A stretch of 64,000 bases of DNA from Longimicrobiales bacterium (GTDB lineage Bacteria > Gemmatimonadota > Gemmatimonadetes > Longimicrobiales > Gaopeijiaceae). Positions within the stretch are counted from its first letter, which is position 1; every line of letters begins with the position of its first letter. The stretch is from contig CAXXKM010000001.1 in assembly GCA_963664435.2 (NCBI GenBank), positions 1,344,001-1,408,000 on the forward strand, in the 5' to 3' direction. A model generated the notes under the pieces. It was not told the DNA's origin. It saw nothing but the letters and a program-made list of their open reading frames with translations, and searched no databases. This document shows, piece after piece, positions 9,342-18,903 of this stretch. Both the position numbers and the translations under genes were made by a program.

Positions 9342-9992
9342 GTGAAAGAACTCAAGATCGGCTTGATCCTCCTTCTGTTGGGCTGTAGGGATGGCGTAAC
9401 GCTACCGCCCGGGGAACCGTTCATGACCCAAGAGCAGATCGCCGCGTTCGTCCACGGCCTCTTCAGCGAGGATGTGTTCGTGTTTTATAAGTGGCCTCTG
9501 CTGCCTGCTGACGCTCCGCCGGGTGTTCCCTTTGCGTGGAACCGCACGGTGAACTGCAAGGGCGGCGGGTCTGCGAACTTTGCGGGAACCGCGACCATCG
9601 GAGCGGCCGCAAGCGCCCGCCATATGGACTTCGCCGGATTGCTGACCGCGAAGCGCTGCACGTTCACGGCCGCCGACATCACCATCACCTTCGACGCCGA
9701 CCGGAGCCTGGAGCAGGAGGGCCGGTTGGACTTAGCGGTCGCCGAGGACGTTGAGGACTTCTCGGGGTCATTCGCGCTCCGATCGTTTGGTGACTTCAAC
9801 TGGAGCGTAGACCACTCTTGGGTGGCAGGTGACATTGATTGGTCTGGATCCTGTCCGATGGACCTCTCGCTCACGGCGGATGTCTCGCTCGAAGCGATAC
9901 GGAGCGGTGAGTCTCGCGGTACCGTGACGGGCACGGTGTGCTGGCGGCACATCCACAAAGCCGTCATCGTGTTCGGGAACTCGGTACCGTAA
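9342..9992 (+). CDS. Hypothetical lipoprotein (beta-rich, Cys-containing)
   Basis: MKELKIGLILLLLGC lipobox; four further cysteines. Confidence 0.7.
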   Translation: MKELKIGLILLLLGCRDGVTLPPGEPFMTQEQIAAFVHGLFSEDVFVFYKWPLLPADAPPGVPFAWNRTVNCKGGGSANFAGTATIGAAASARHMDFAGLLTAKRCTFTAADITITFDADRSLEQEGRLDLAVAEDVEDFSGSFALRSFGDFNWSVDHSWVAGDIDWSGSCPMDLSLTADVSLEAIRSGESRGTVTGTVCWRHIHKAVIVFGNSVP

Positions 9993-10094
9993 GCCTCATG
10001 ACCCATTGTCATCGTGGCTTCGCCGGGGCGTGGTGCGTGATCGATTCCGCAGCCTCAAGGCGATGGCCGGTAGAGACCACCCAAAGCACCGGCG

Positions 10095-11816
10095 TCATCC
10101 CACGTTTTGGATCCAGGTGGCGCGGATCTCATCGGCGTCCCAATCGCTTGGCTCGGATGCGGCTTCCCTGACACGATCGGGCACCGGGATGCCCGGAAAC
10201 CGATTGCCGTGCTCGGTTCCGTTGACGCGGTTTTCCAGACACCACACGAAGTCGGCGACATCGTTGCGCAGGTAGGTAGTGCCGCGTCGGCCAACGATAC
10301 GGCAAGTCTTGAAGACCGTCATCACATAGTGAGGTGCGAGGTCGGTCTGGTCGTTCCCCTCATTTCTTGTGTCGATGAGGTCGTGGAACAGCGCGGCCAC
10401 GTATCCCTCAATCTGACCACGCACGCCAGCGAAGGGACTCGTCCAATTCTCCCAGTTCCCGTGGCGCTGGTGATAGGGTGACCCGATGTTGCCACCGTAG
10501 TCCGCGATTCCCTCCAGCAACGCGCAGGTGTAGGACGATGGCTCCTTTACCCGGTGATTCGAGCAGTTCGTCGCGGCCCAAAGGCCGCCAAGCGATTTCT
10601 CGTGCAGCGCATGGGTGTACTCGTGCGCTGCGGTCCAACTGTCATGGTAGCTCGTCCAGCCGAACCTGACTCGATCGTCCAGACCGGGGAGATAGTACGA
10701 CAACGGATCGGTGTCGCTTACATCCCAATCCAAGCGTCCCCGGGAGTAGCCGAAATGCCCGCTCACGAGTCGTGCGGCCGTGTCGAGGTTCTTCCAGGGC
10801 AGAAAGGTCTTTCGAGTGCCCTGCGCCTGAACCGTGTCGCCACAGTCGCTACGGTACGCGTCCCAGAACCCGAGGAAGGTAGCGCCTTCCACACGGCTCG
10901 TCTGCGGCAGTTCGACCCGACCCTTGAGCTTGTACCCCTCGCCCGGACACGGAAACGACACGACCCCGCTGCTCGGCACCGTGTGGGTTCGCGTGTTGCT
11001 CGGGTTGCCGCCCCGCCTCACATCAACCATCCCTCCGCTAATTCGAGCGCCGACCGCGGGCTGGAAGCCCCTGACCGCGCCGTGGTAGAAGGAGATGTCA
11101 ACGGACACCTCCCCGCCATTCTGGCTGGCCGATGCATCGGCCGTCGCGGCATTGGTCTGGCTCCTGCCCACAAGGTTGTGCGGGCGGAGCGGGCCGGGCA
11201 CCGGCGCGGTCCCGTCAGGGAATATCGATTCATCGAATGAGTACGTAAGGCGTCCGCTTGCCTCGCCCACAAACATCCAGACCTCGCGGTAGACATCGTT
11301 GAACATGTAGGGTCCGAGCGGACTGTCCGGTCCCTGGGTAAGCGCCTCCACAGCGACTTGGTAGTAGCCATTTCCGAGGCTCCCGACCGAGAGGGTCCGT
11401 TCCCACAATTCCCCGGCCTGCATCGCGGGAAGTTGCCAACGCACAGCCACAGGCAGCTTCTCTCCCTGCGGGTAGCGTGGTCGTTTGTCCGGCCCGGCAT
11501 AGGCCATGGCGGCCATCGTCGGCAGTGTAACGATCACTTCGCCACCGGTGATCGGAGCGCTCGCCTCGCCCTCAATCCGTATCGTGATCGGCGCGCCCGC
11601 TGCCAAGCTGCCTATGGCGGTGTAATCGAGCGCGAGGCGCGGCGTGGTGGGATCGATGATGACGAGATCGTCAACATCGGCGTCCTTCGCCTCGTCGGCC
11701 GCCCAATCCTCGCCGAACGGCGCTGCGTCATCATCAACGGTGACTGGATCGTTGTCTTGGCAGGCAGCGATCAAGACCGTCATGCCCGCCAGAAGAATGA
11801 TCTTCGGGTTGCTCAT
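10095..11816 (-). CDS. Lipoprotein zinc metallopeptidase (gluzincin-like)
   Basis: Lipobox LIAAC; AAHEYTHALHE plus downstream LLEGIAD. Confidence 0.75.
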   Translation of the reverse strand: MSNPKIILLAGMTVLIAACQDNDPVTVDDDAAPFGEDWAADEAKDADVDDLVIIDPTTPRLALDYTAIGSLAAGAPITIRIEGEASAPITGGEVIVTLPTMAAMAYAGPDKRPRYPQGEKLPVAVRWQLPAMQAGELWERTLSVGSLGNGYYQVAVEALTQGPDSPLGPYMFNDVYREVWMFVGEASGRLTYSFDESIFPDGTAPVPGPLRPHNLVGRSQTNAATADASASQNGGEVSVDISFYHGAVRGFQPAVGARISGGMVDVRRGGNPSNTRTHTVPSSGVVSFPCPGEGYKLKGRVELPQTSRVEGATFLGFWDAYRSDCGDTVQAQGTRKTFLPWKNLDTAARLVSGHFGYSRGRLDWDVSDTDPLSYYLPGLDDRVRFGWTSYHDSWTAAHEYTHALHEKSLGGLWAATNCSNHRVKEPSSYTCALLEGIADYGGNIGSPYHQRHGNWENWTSPFAGVRGQIEGYVAALFHDLIDTRNEGNDQTDLAPHYVMTVFKTCRIVGRRGTTYLRNDVADFVWCLENRVNGTEHGNRFPGIPVPDRVREAASEPSDWDADEIRATWIQNVG

Positions 11817-11942
11817 CGTATCGTTCCTTCCCGTTAGAGTTCAACCCTTCCCGAGCCTCCCAAGCCCCAAGGCTGGAAGACTCCTTCCGGGTCTCCGAAT
11901 CGACATTTCCAATCATCGCAAGGCGAGGCAGCCTCCCATAGG

Positions 11943-11997
11943 GGGAAAATCCTGCCATTCGTGAGGGGAAACTCCCGTACAATGCCGGGAAACTCCC
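11943..11997. promoter_or_regulatory. Three GGGAAA(A/C)TCC direct repeats
   Basis: GGGAAAATCC at 11943, GGGAAACTCCC at 11966 and 11987, in the divergent intergenic region. Confidence 0.5.
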
Positions 11998-12365
11998 CCC
12001 AAGGGGAGGCATCTGACATGGTGGCGGACGAAGCTTGGCTCCCTCTACACTGCTGTGCCGGTCGCACGTACTGCGGCGGCCCAAGTGGTGCTCGATGCGA
12101 CTCGGGAGGTCAACACGATGCCGTTGTGGACCGCTGGGTGAGGACGGGGATTCGTTCGGAGGGGATGGAAGGCACCGACCATACGCCATCGCTGCCTTGA
12201 TGTACGCCGGGATGCCCGGGTGAGCCAGACTTCTAGGATGGCCGACCTGCCTTACCTATATTGGGAGCGTTACCAAAGATGCTCAGCCCATTCCGGATCT
12301 CCATCATGGGACCAGATCGTAGACATGGAAGATAGGCTGCACCGGATACGGAACGCGAGACTGCC

Positions 12366-13724
12366 GTGACCCGACCAAGACTCGCCAGACTCATCCTGTT
12401 GCTTGCGGGGCCTCTGACCCTGCTGTTCACGGCCTGCGGCCAAGACAACCCCACCACCGTAGCGCCGTACCTCGTTGGGACGGGCGCTCGGGACTACGCC
12501 GATTCGACCCACAGCGACGTCCAGAGGGTCGCCGACACCCTGTACGGCCACATCAAGATCGGGACGCTCGATGCAGATGACGACGTGACGGTTTCCAGAG
12601 ACACCATCTTCAAGGATACGGTGGCGATCGGCTATCTGGTGGCAGTCAACGACTCCGCGTCCAGCTATTTCTCGGCCAGCAACGACAACCCGTTCGGTGT
12701 ACCGCCCGGAGAGTGCTGGGTCGAAATCGACATCGTGTGGTATCCGGGATCCGGCCTCATCAAGTCCATCAAGATCACCGTCTTGTACTGCGTCGCGGAA
12801 GAGAGCGACGAGCCTGGGGGAGGCTCCACTGCTGACACGGTGGCCGTCAAGCTGGCGTGTACGGACCAGCCCGAGCGGGGCGAGTCCGTCGAATGCACGT
12901 TCTCTGTGACTCCGTCGTCACTCACGGTCACCAACATCGAGTGGAAGTTCGTGGGACTTGAGCACGTCAGGGAGAACACGAAGCGGGGCGGGATGTCGTG
13001 GGGTGGTGTCGCCGTAGAGACAGGCACCATGACGGTTTCGGCCGACGTGGGTGGTGTCAACCGCAAGGCCGAGCAGAACATTTTTGTGCTCAGCCGGGGA
13101 TGGACATGGGATGCGGATACTGCTTGGAACGACAGTACCGACCCGTGCAGGGCTTGGGGAACCTCATGGGGCAGGGTCGTACCCAGCCCCTGCGGTCCCA
13201 CCTTCTTCAACGTCGGTGAGGGGAGCTATGTGGTGGGGGCGGGGGATGGACCCTGGGCCGGCGTCTTCTACGTCGACAGCGCGAATGCCGACGTGGTGGC
13301 TCGCGCCATGTACCGTCCCTCGCTGACGGAGAATGGTATCGAGTATTCGATTGCGGGTGTCTCGCAACTGGTCGCGGCCTGCGGATCGGGCGTAAGCGCC
13401 GCCAATGAGTACACGATCAACCTGGAGTGCTTGGACGTGGAGGGATACAAGAGTCTCCGAAACCACATCCACACCCATGAAACCGGGCACCTGAACGACA
13501 TCTCCAGCGTCGTCGCCGGTCACAACATCTACCTCCATTGGGACGGCCTCGTGTCCACGTCGGCAGAAGGGGTCGATAGAGTGGCGAAGGCGTTGGCGGA
13601 GAAAGCGCACACAGACTTGCTGGGACGTGCCGCCGCCCGTGATGCGGCGGAAACCTACCCTGGCTGGCTCTTCTGGCTCTACACGGGCTCATGGGACTGG
13701 GACGTCCACACAACACCTTGGTGA
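12366..13724 (+). CDS. Lipoprotein with Ig-like region and C-terminal HExxH metallopeptidase-like domain
   Basis: Lipobox LFTAC; beta-strand-rich middle; IHTHETGHLND. Confidence 0.7.
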   Translation: MTRPRLARLILLLAGPLTLLFTACGQDNPTTVAPYLVGTGARDYADSTHSDVQRVADTLYGHIKIGTLDADDDVTVSRDTIFKDTVAIGYLVAVNDSASSYFSASNDNPFGVPPGECWVEIDIVWYPGSGLIKSIKITVLYCVAEESDEPGGGSTADTVAVKLACTDQPERGESVECTFSVTPSSLTVTNIEWKFVGLEHVRENTKRGGMSWGGVAVETGTMTVSADVGGVNRKAEQNIFVLSRGWTWDADTAWNDSTDPCRAWGTSWGRVVPSPCGPTFFNVGEGSYVVGAGDGPWAGVFYVDSANADVVARAMYRPSLTENGIEYSIAGVSQLVAACGSGVSAANEYTINLECLDVEGYKSLRNHIHTHETGHLNDISSVVAGHNIYLHWDGLVSTSAEGVDRVAKALAEKAHTDLLGRAAARDAAETYPGWLFWLYTGSWDWDVHTTPW

Positions 13725-13741
13725 ATGGGAAGCGAATCGCG

Positions 13742-14578
13742 ATGAGAAGCTCGAACACACTTTTGGTGACGGCACTGGCCTCTCTGCTGGTCCCGGCGTT
13801 ACTTGCCGGGCAGGAGAAGCACAAGCCGCTTGTCTTCCCTCCTCGCTCCGCGTCAGCCGAAGCGATTCTGGCGGCCCTTGCCAGTGGTCTGGATCCGTCC
13901 TCGCCCCAGGATGGAGAGGTAGCGGACCATGACTTTCTCGGTCGGACAAGCCGGTTCGCCGAACTGTTCCTCACCCAGTACACCGGTGACCGGTACCGTG
14001 ACCATCCAGATCACTTTGGCACCCGGCCGCAGGCTGAGCTGGATGCTTTCGCTGACCGGCTGGTTGCCATCGTCCTGGCCCATCCCCAGAGCGAGGTCGC
14101 TTGGGAGATCGGTTCGGCACTGAGCGGGGCTGGCGCCCACTACCATGACGAAGACCCTGAGCGAACGCGCTACGCCGGTGCCTTTGACTCACTCGAGCGA
14201 ATCTATATAGCTGGAGCTCGATCTAATCTGGGCTTCTACTACCTGATCCGTCTCGATCCCCGGCGCGCCATCGAAGTGGGGATGCGCAGGCTAGAGGCAG
14301 GCCCGTGGCAGGACGAATTCGATGCTTGCCTGTTCCTTCACAAGGCTTGGTCATTCGGCAAAGTGGTGGTTCTGGACGGTGAATTGGCGTTCTATTACGA
14401 GGGCGTGGACCTGTCCCCCGGATCGGAAGAGCGGGAGCTGTCGTTCACCGCATATGAAGAAATCCAAGAGGTGGGTAAGCAGCTTCACGAAGCGGGATAC
14501 CTAACCAGAACTAATCCCTGCCCCGACCCGTTTGGCGTCCGCGAGGCATTGGCCCATGAGGGGGGTGGTGCCATCTAA
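13742..14578 (+). CDS. Secreted hypothetical protein
   Basis: Signal peptide MRSSNTLLVTALASLLVPALLAG-QE; 17 bp after the upstream gene. Confidence 0.7.
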   Translation: MRSSNTLLVTALASLLVPALLAGQEKHKPLVFPPRSASAEAILAALASGLDPSSPQDGEVADHDFLGRTSRFAELFLTQYTGDRYRDHPDHFGTRPQAELDAFADRLVAIVLAHPQSEVAWEIGSALSGAGAHYHDEDPERTRYAGAFDSLERIYIAGARSNLGFYYLIRLDPRRAIEVGMRRLEAGPWQDEFDACLFLHKAWSFGKVVVLDGELAFYYEGVDLSPGSEERELSFTAYEEIQEVGKQLHEAGYLTRTNPCPDPFGVREALAHEGGGAI

Positions 14579-14761
14579 AGACCGGATCCGTGGAAGGGGG
14601 GTTCGGACGTGCCGGGATTGGGGTCCGATTCCCGCCGGTTGGTGTGATTTGCCCGCTGTTTCATAACCCTGAAGTCCTGTATTGGCTGACGGCAAGAATG
14701 GCAGATCGTGCAGCCCTGATTGAACTTAGGGATCTCTTGCCGTCATTCGCGGTTTGCTTGA

Positions 14762-14780
14762 TCCGCCGTAACGTCAGGGT
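14762..14780 (-). repeat. Right terminal inverted repeat (core-type site)
   Basis: TCCGCCGTAACGTCAGGGT, inverted match to 5183-5201. Confidence 0.75.
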
Positions 14781-14880
14781 TGTCGCCCCGCGCCAGAACC
14801 GGTTTCCGCAGGCAGGGATCGCTCTTATCGTAACCGGGCCCGCCTCCGCCCTCCCGCGCTCATTCTTCCGAAGCCCGACC

Positions 14881-16800
14881 GTGTCCGCAGCATACTCCCC
14901 CGATACCCTCCCCGGCCTGCTCGCCCGGCGAGCCGCCCGCCGCCCCGACGGGGTCGCGCTGCGCGAGAAGGAGTTCGGCATCTGGCAGGAGATCACCTGG
15001 GCGGAGTACCTCCGCCGGGTGCGCGCCTTCTCGCTGGGGCTGACGGAGCTGGGCGCCGACGAAGGGAACCGCATCGCCATCATCGGGGACAACCGGCCCG
15101 GATGGATCATCGCCGAACTGGCGGCCCAGGCCGGAGGCGTTCTGCCCCTCGGCCTCTACCAGGACTCGATCGCGGACGAGCTTGCGCGCATGCTCGAGGC
15201 CGCCGAGGCCCGCATCATCGTCGCCGAGGATCAGGAGCAGGTGGACAAGGTGCTGGAAGTGCGGGAGCGCCTGCCCGGACTCCGGTACATCATCTACTAC
15301 GACTCCCGCGGAATGTACGGGTACGAGGCACCGGGGCTCATGTCCTTCGAGGAGGTCGAGGCGCTCGGCGAACGCGCGCACCGCCGCTCTCCGGAGGAGT
15401 TCGATCGGAGACTCGCTGCCCTTCAGCCCGGCGACATCGCGCTCCTGTGCACGACATCGGGCACGACCAGCAGCCCCAAGCTGGCCATGCTCTCGCACGA
15501 AAACCTGATCGTGATGGCGTCCCAGCTGCGCGCCGTGGACGCGATGAACCCCGGTGACGAGTTCGTCTCGTTCCTGCCCCTGGCCTGGATCGGAGAACAG
15601 ATGATCGGCGTGGCCAGCGGGCTCCTGACCGGGTTCACCGTCAACTTCCCCGAGGAGACGGCGACCGCGCGCAAGGACATGCGCGAGATCGGGCCGGCCT
15701 TCCTGATGTCCCCGCCCCGCATCTGGGAGAACATGGTCTCCGACGTGCAGGTCATGGCCGCGGACACCACCCGCCTGAAGCGCTGGCTCTACGGCTGGGC
15801 CATGAAGCAGGGCACGGCCACCGCCGAAGCCCGGTTCCGGGGACGGAGTGTCGGCCTGGTCCGGCGCCTGAGCCACCGCTTTGCCGACTGGGCGGTCTTC
15901 CACCCCATCCGCGACCAACTCGGGCTCAGCCGGGTGCGGCGCGCGTACACGGGAGGCGCGGCGCTGGGCCCGGACGTCTTCCGCTTCTACCACGCCATCG
16001 GGGTCAACCTGAAGCAGCTCTACGGCCAGACCGAGGTGTCGGGGATTTCCGTCGTGCACAGGGACGGCGACATCCGCTTCCAGACGGTGGGCGTGCCGCT
16101 GTCCCGCACCGAGATCCGCATTTCGGACGATGGAGAGATTCTCTGCCGCAGTCCGGCGGTCTTCCAGGGATACTTCCGCAATCCGCAGGCCACCGCGGAG
16201 ACGCTCGAGAACGGCTGGCTGCACTCGGGCGATGCCGGCTATTTCGACGAACACGGCCACCTGGTGGTGATCGACCGCCTGGCCGACGTGATGCAGCTGG
16301 CCGACGGAACCCACTTCTCCCCGCAGTTCGTCGAGAACAAGCTCAAGTTCAGCCCCTACGTCGCCGAAGCGGTCGTCTTCGGGGGCTCGGGGACTCCGTT
16401 TGTTACGGGGATGATCGCCATCGACATGGAGAACGCCGGGCAGTGGGCGGAGCGCCGCCGCATCCCCTACACGACCTTCACCGACCTGGCCCGGCGCCCC
16501 GAGTTGTACGCCCTCGTGCGCGAGCATGTTGCGGAGGTAAACGACGAACTGCCCGAGGCCGCCCGCATCCGCCGCTTCCTGCTGCTGCACAAGGAGTTGC
16601 ACGCCGACGACGCCGAACTGACCCGCACGCGCAAGGTCCGGCGCCGCCACATCGCAAGCCGCTTTGCGGATATCATCGGCGCGCTGCAGGGGGACGCCGA
16701 TTCGATCACGGTGGCGACCGAGATCACGTACCAGGACGGTCGCACTGCGGCGGTCGAGCACGCCCTGCGCATCGAGACGATGGACCGGAGCAGGCCATGA
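14881..16800 (+). CDS. Long-chain acyl-CoA synthetase (AMP-binding)
   Basis: ALREKEFGIWQEITW, TSGTTSSPK, YGQTE, GWLHSGDAG, ELTRTRKVRR. Confidence 0.92.
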   Translation: MSAAYSPDTLPGLLARRAARRPDGVALREKEFGIWQEITWAEYLRRVRAFSLGLTELGADEGNRIAIIGDNRPGWIIAELAAQAGGVLPLGLYQDSIADELARMLEAAEARIIVAEDQEQVDKVLEVRERLPGLRYIIYYDSRGMYGYEAPGLMSFEEVEALGERAHRRSPEEFDRRLAALQPGDIALLCTTSGTTSSPKLAMLSHENLIVMASQLRAVDAMNPGDEFVSFLPLAWIGEQMIGVASGLLTGFTVNFPEETATARKDMREIGPAFLMSPPRIWENMVSDVQVMAADTTRLKRWLYGWAMKQGTATAEARFRGRSVGLVRRLSHRFADWAVFHPIRDQLGLSRVRRAYTGGAALGPDVFRFYHAIGVNLKQLYGQTEVSGISVVHRDGDIRFQTVGVPLSRTEIRISDDGEILCRSPAVFQGYFRNPQATAETLENGWLHSGDAGYFDEHGHLVVIDRLADVMQLADGTHFSPQFVENKLKFSPYVAEAVVFGGSGTPFVTGMIAIDMENAGQWAERRRIPYTTFTDLARRPELYALVREHVAEVNDELPEAARIRRFLLLHKELHADDAELTRTRKVRRRHIASRFADIIGALQGDADSITVATEITYQDGRTAAVEHALRIETMDRSRP

Positions 16801-16855
16801 CGGGGCCCGCTGACGCATTCCGCCGATCGCGCACGCCGCGCGGAGAACGCTGACC

Positions 16856-17728
16856 ATGGACATCTTCCTGCAGCTGACGGTCTCGGGACTGAGCACGGGG
16901 ATGATCTACGCCCTGGCCGCCGCCGGCTTCGTGGTCATCTACAAGGCCAGCGACGTCATCAACTTCGCCCAGGGCGACCTGCTGCTGCTGGGGACCTACC
17001 TGATCTTCTTCGCGGTGGCCCAGACCGGTCTGCCCTGGAGCCTCGGGGTACTGGTCACCCTGCTGCTGGCGGTCGCGGTGGCGCTGGCGGTCGAACGGCT
17101 GGTGCTGCGGCCGCTGGTGGGCGAGCCGATCATCTCGATGATCATGGTGACCATCGGGCTGTCGTCGGTGCTCAGGGGAGCGATCAACGCAATCTGGGGC
17201 CCGAATCCGCGGGCGTTCGAGTCCTTCCTGCCCGCGGGCGACATCGTCATCGGGCCCGCGGTGCTCTCGACGGGACGCGTGCTCTCCATTCCCATTGCCC
17301 TGGCCGTGCTCGCGGGGCTCGGGCTCTTCTTCCGCTACACCCGCGACGGCATCGCCATGCGCGCCATCGCCGACGACCAGCAGGCGGCGCTCAGCATGGG
17401 GATCAGCATCCCACGCGTGTTCGGGGTCGCCTGGGCGCTGGCGGCCGCCTCCGCCGCCATCGGCGGGATCATGCTCGGCAACATCGTGGGCGTGAGCCCC
17501 AACGTGGCGTCCATCGGCCTGCGGGTCTTTCCGGTGGTGATCCTGGGCGGACTGGACTCGATCGCGGGAGCGGTGATCGGCGGCGCCATCATCGGACTCC
17601 TCGAGGTCTACGTCGGCTTCTACGTGGGGCACGGGCTCAACCTGGTGGTCCCGTACCTGGTGCTCATCCTGGTGCTGATGGTCCGGCCCTACGGGCTCTT
17701 CGGGAAGGAGATCATCGAGCGCGTATGA
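16856..17728 (+). CDS. Branched-chain amino acid ABC permease (LivH-like)
   Basis: INFAQG, GIAMRAIADD, VVILGGLDS, VRPYGLFG. Confidence 0.92.
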   Translation: MDIFLQLTVSGLSTGMIYALAAAGFVVIYKASDVINFAQGDLLLLGTYLIFFAVAQTGLPWSLGVLVTLLLAVAVALAVERLVLRPLVGEPIISMIMVTIGLSSVLRGAINAIWGPNPRAFESFLPAGDIVIGPAVLSTGRVLSIPIALAVLAGLGLFFRYTRDGIAMRAIADDQQAALSMGISIPRVFGVAWALAAASAAIGGIMLGNIVGVSPNVASIGLRVFPVVILGGLDSIAGAVIGGAIIGLLEVYVGFYVGHGLNLVVPYLVLILVLMVRPYGLFGKEIIERV

Positions 17729-17825
17729 GGATGGCGCGACGGATCCGGGAGCGGGCGGAAACCCGCGAATTCGGGCGCTCGGGCGCCGTGGACGGCGGGC
17801 GGCCCAGGGGCGCGGGGATGTCCCC

Positions 17826-18899
17826 ATGAGCATGGAGTGCGGGGTCTTTCACACCCGCTACGAGTCCGACATGGGACTCCGCCCGCGGCCTGCGCAGCGC
17901 ATCCGCCTCGCGGTCCTGGCCCTCTTCGTGCTCGTCTTTCCGTTCCTGGCCAGCAGCTACTGGCTGGATCTGGCCAACCAGGTGGCCATCGCCACCGTGG
18001 GCGCCATCGGGCTGAACATTCTGGTGGGCTACACCGGGCAGATCTCGCTGGGGCAGGGCGCCTTCATGGCGATCGGGGCCTACACCGCCGGGCTGCTGAC
18101 CCTGAACCTCGGGGTCCCATGGGGCGCGAGCGTGTTCTGCGCGTGCATCATCACCGCCGTGGCGGGCACGTTCTTCGGGCTCCCCTCCCTGCGCCTCAAG
18201 GGCCTGTACCTGGCCATCGCCACCCTGGCCGCGCAGGAGATCGTGGAGTGGGGGATGACGCACTGGACGGCGGTCACGGGCGGAACCGAGGCCATCGTCC
18301 TGCCCGCCCCGCGCATCTTCGGCCTCCGCCTGAACAGCACCTTCAACTTCTACTGGCTGGCGGTGCTCACGGCGGCTGGGACCGCGCTCTTCGCGGCAAA
18401 CCTCTTCCGCAGCCGCATCGGGCGCGCCTTCGAGGCGGTACGCGACCAGGACATCGCCGCGAGCGTCATCGGGGTGGACCTCTTCCGTACCAAGCTGCTG
18501 GCCTTCGCGACTTCGTCGTTCTTCGTCGGCCTCGCGGGGGCGATGATCGCCTTCTACCGCAACATCATCACCTGGGAGCGCTTTACGCTGAACACGAGCA
18601 TCGTCTACCTGGCGATGATCATCGTCGGGGGCCTGGGTTCGATTCGCGGGTCGTTTCTGGGTGCGGCGCTGATCACGCTGCTCCCGGCGCTGATCACCAA
18701 CATGGGACGGGCCATCCAGGATACCGCTCCCCAGGCGGCTTCCCTTCTCCCCTACGCGCAGCAGGCGGTGTTCGGGATCGTGATCATCCTCTTCCTCGTT
18801 TTCGAGCCCCGGGGACTGTCCAAACTGTGGGGAAATGTGAAAGACTACTTTCATGTGTGGCCGTTTGCGTACCGGCGCGGCGAGAACCGGGCCAACTGA
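17826..18899 (+). CDS. Branched-chain amino acid ABC permease (LivM-like)
   Basis: GYTGQISLGQGAF, LRLKGLYLAIATL, MIIVGGLGS, EPRGL. Confidence 0.92.
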   Translation: MSMECGVFHTRYESDMGLRPRPAQRIRLAVLALFVLVFPFLASSYWLDLANQVAIATVGAIGLNILVGYTGQISLGQGAFMAIGAYTAGLLTLNLGVPWGASVFCACIITAVAGTFFGLPSLRLKGLYLAIATLAAQEIVEWGMTHWTAVTGGTEAIVLPAPRIFGLRLNSTFNFYWLAVLTAAGTALFAANLFRSRIGRAFEAVRDQDIAASVIGVDLFRTKLLAFATSSFFVGLAGAMIAFYRNIITWERFTLNTSIVYLAMIIVGGLGSIRGSFLGAALITLLPALITNMGRAIQDTAPQAASLLPYAQQAVFGIVIILFLVFEPRGLSKLWGNVKDYFHVWPFAYRRGENRAN

Positions 18900-18903
18900 A
18901 GGA

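Larger units (their letters stand above)
5184..14779. mobile_element. Tyrosine-recombinase integrative element/transposon (~9.6 kb)
   Basis: Integrase at the left end; 17/19 inverted repeats at 5183-5201 and 14762-14780; separates the livG-like gene from the rest of its operon; carries TA and accessory genes. Confidence 0.8.

Noticed and set aside
14615..14680. tRNA/tmRNA gene (GGTCCGATTCCCGCC; TCATAACCC)
   Set aside because: Only short motif resemblance, in the wrong order; no cloverleaf or CCA end.
14590..14880. Extended N-terminus of the acyl-CoA ligase, or a LivG-ligase fusion
   Set aside because: Spans the element end; the preferred empty-site reconstruction gives a stop at 14831-14833.
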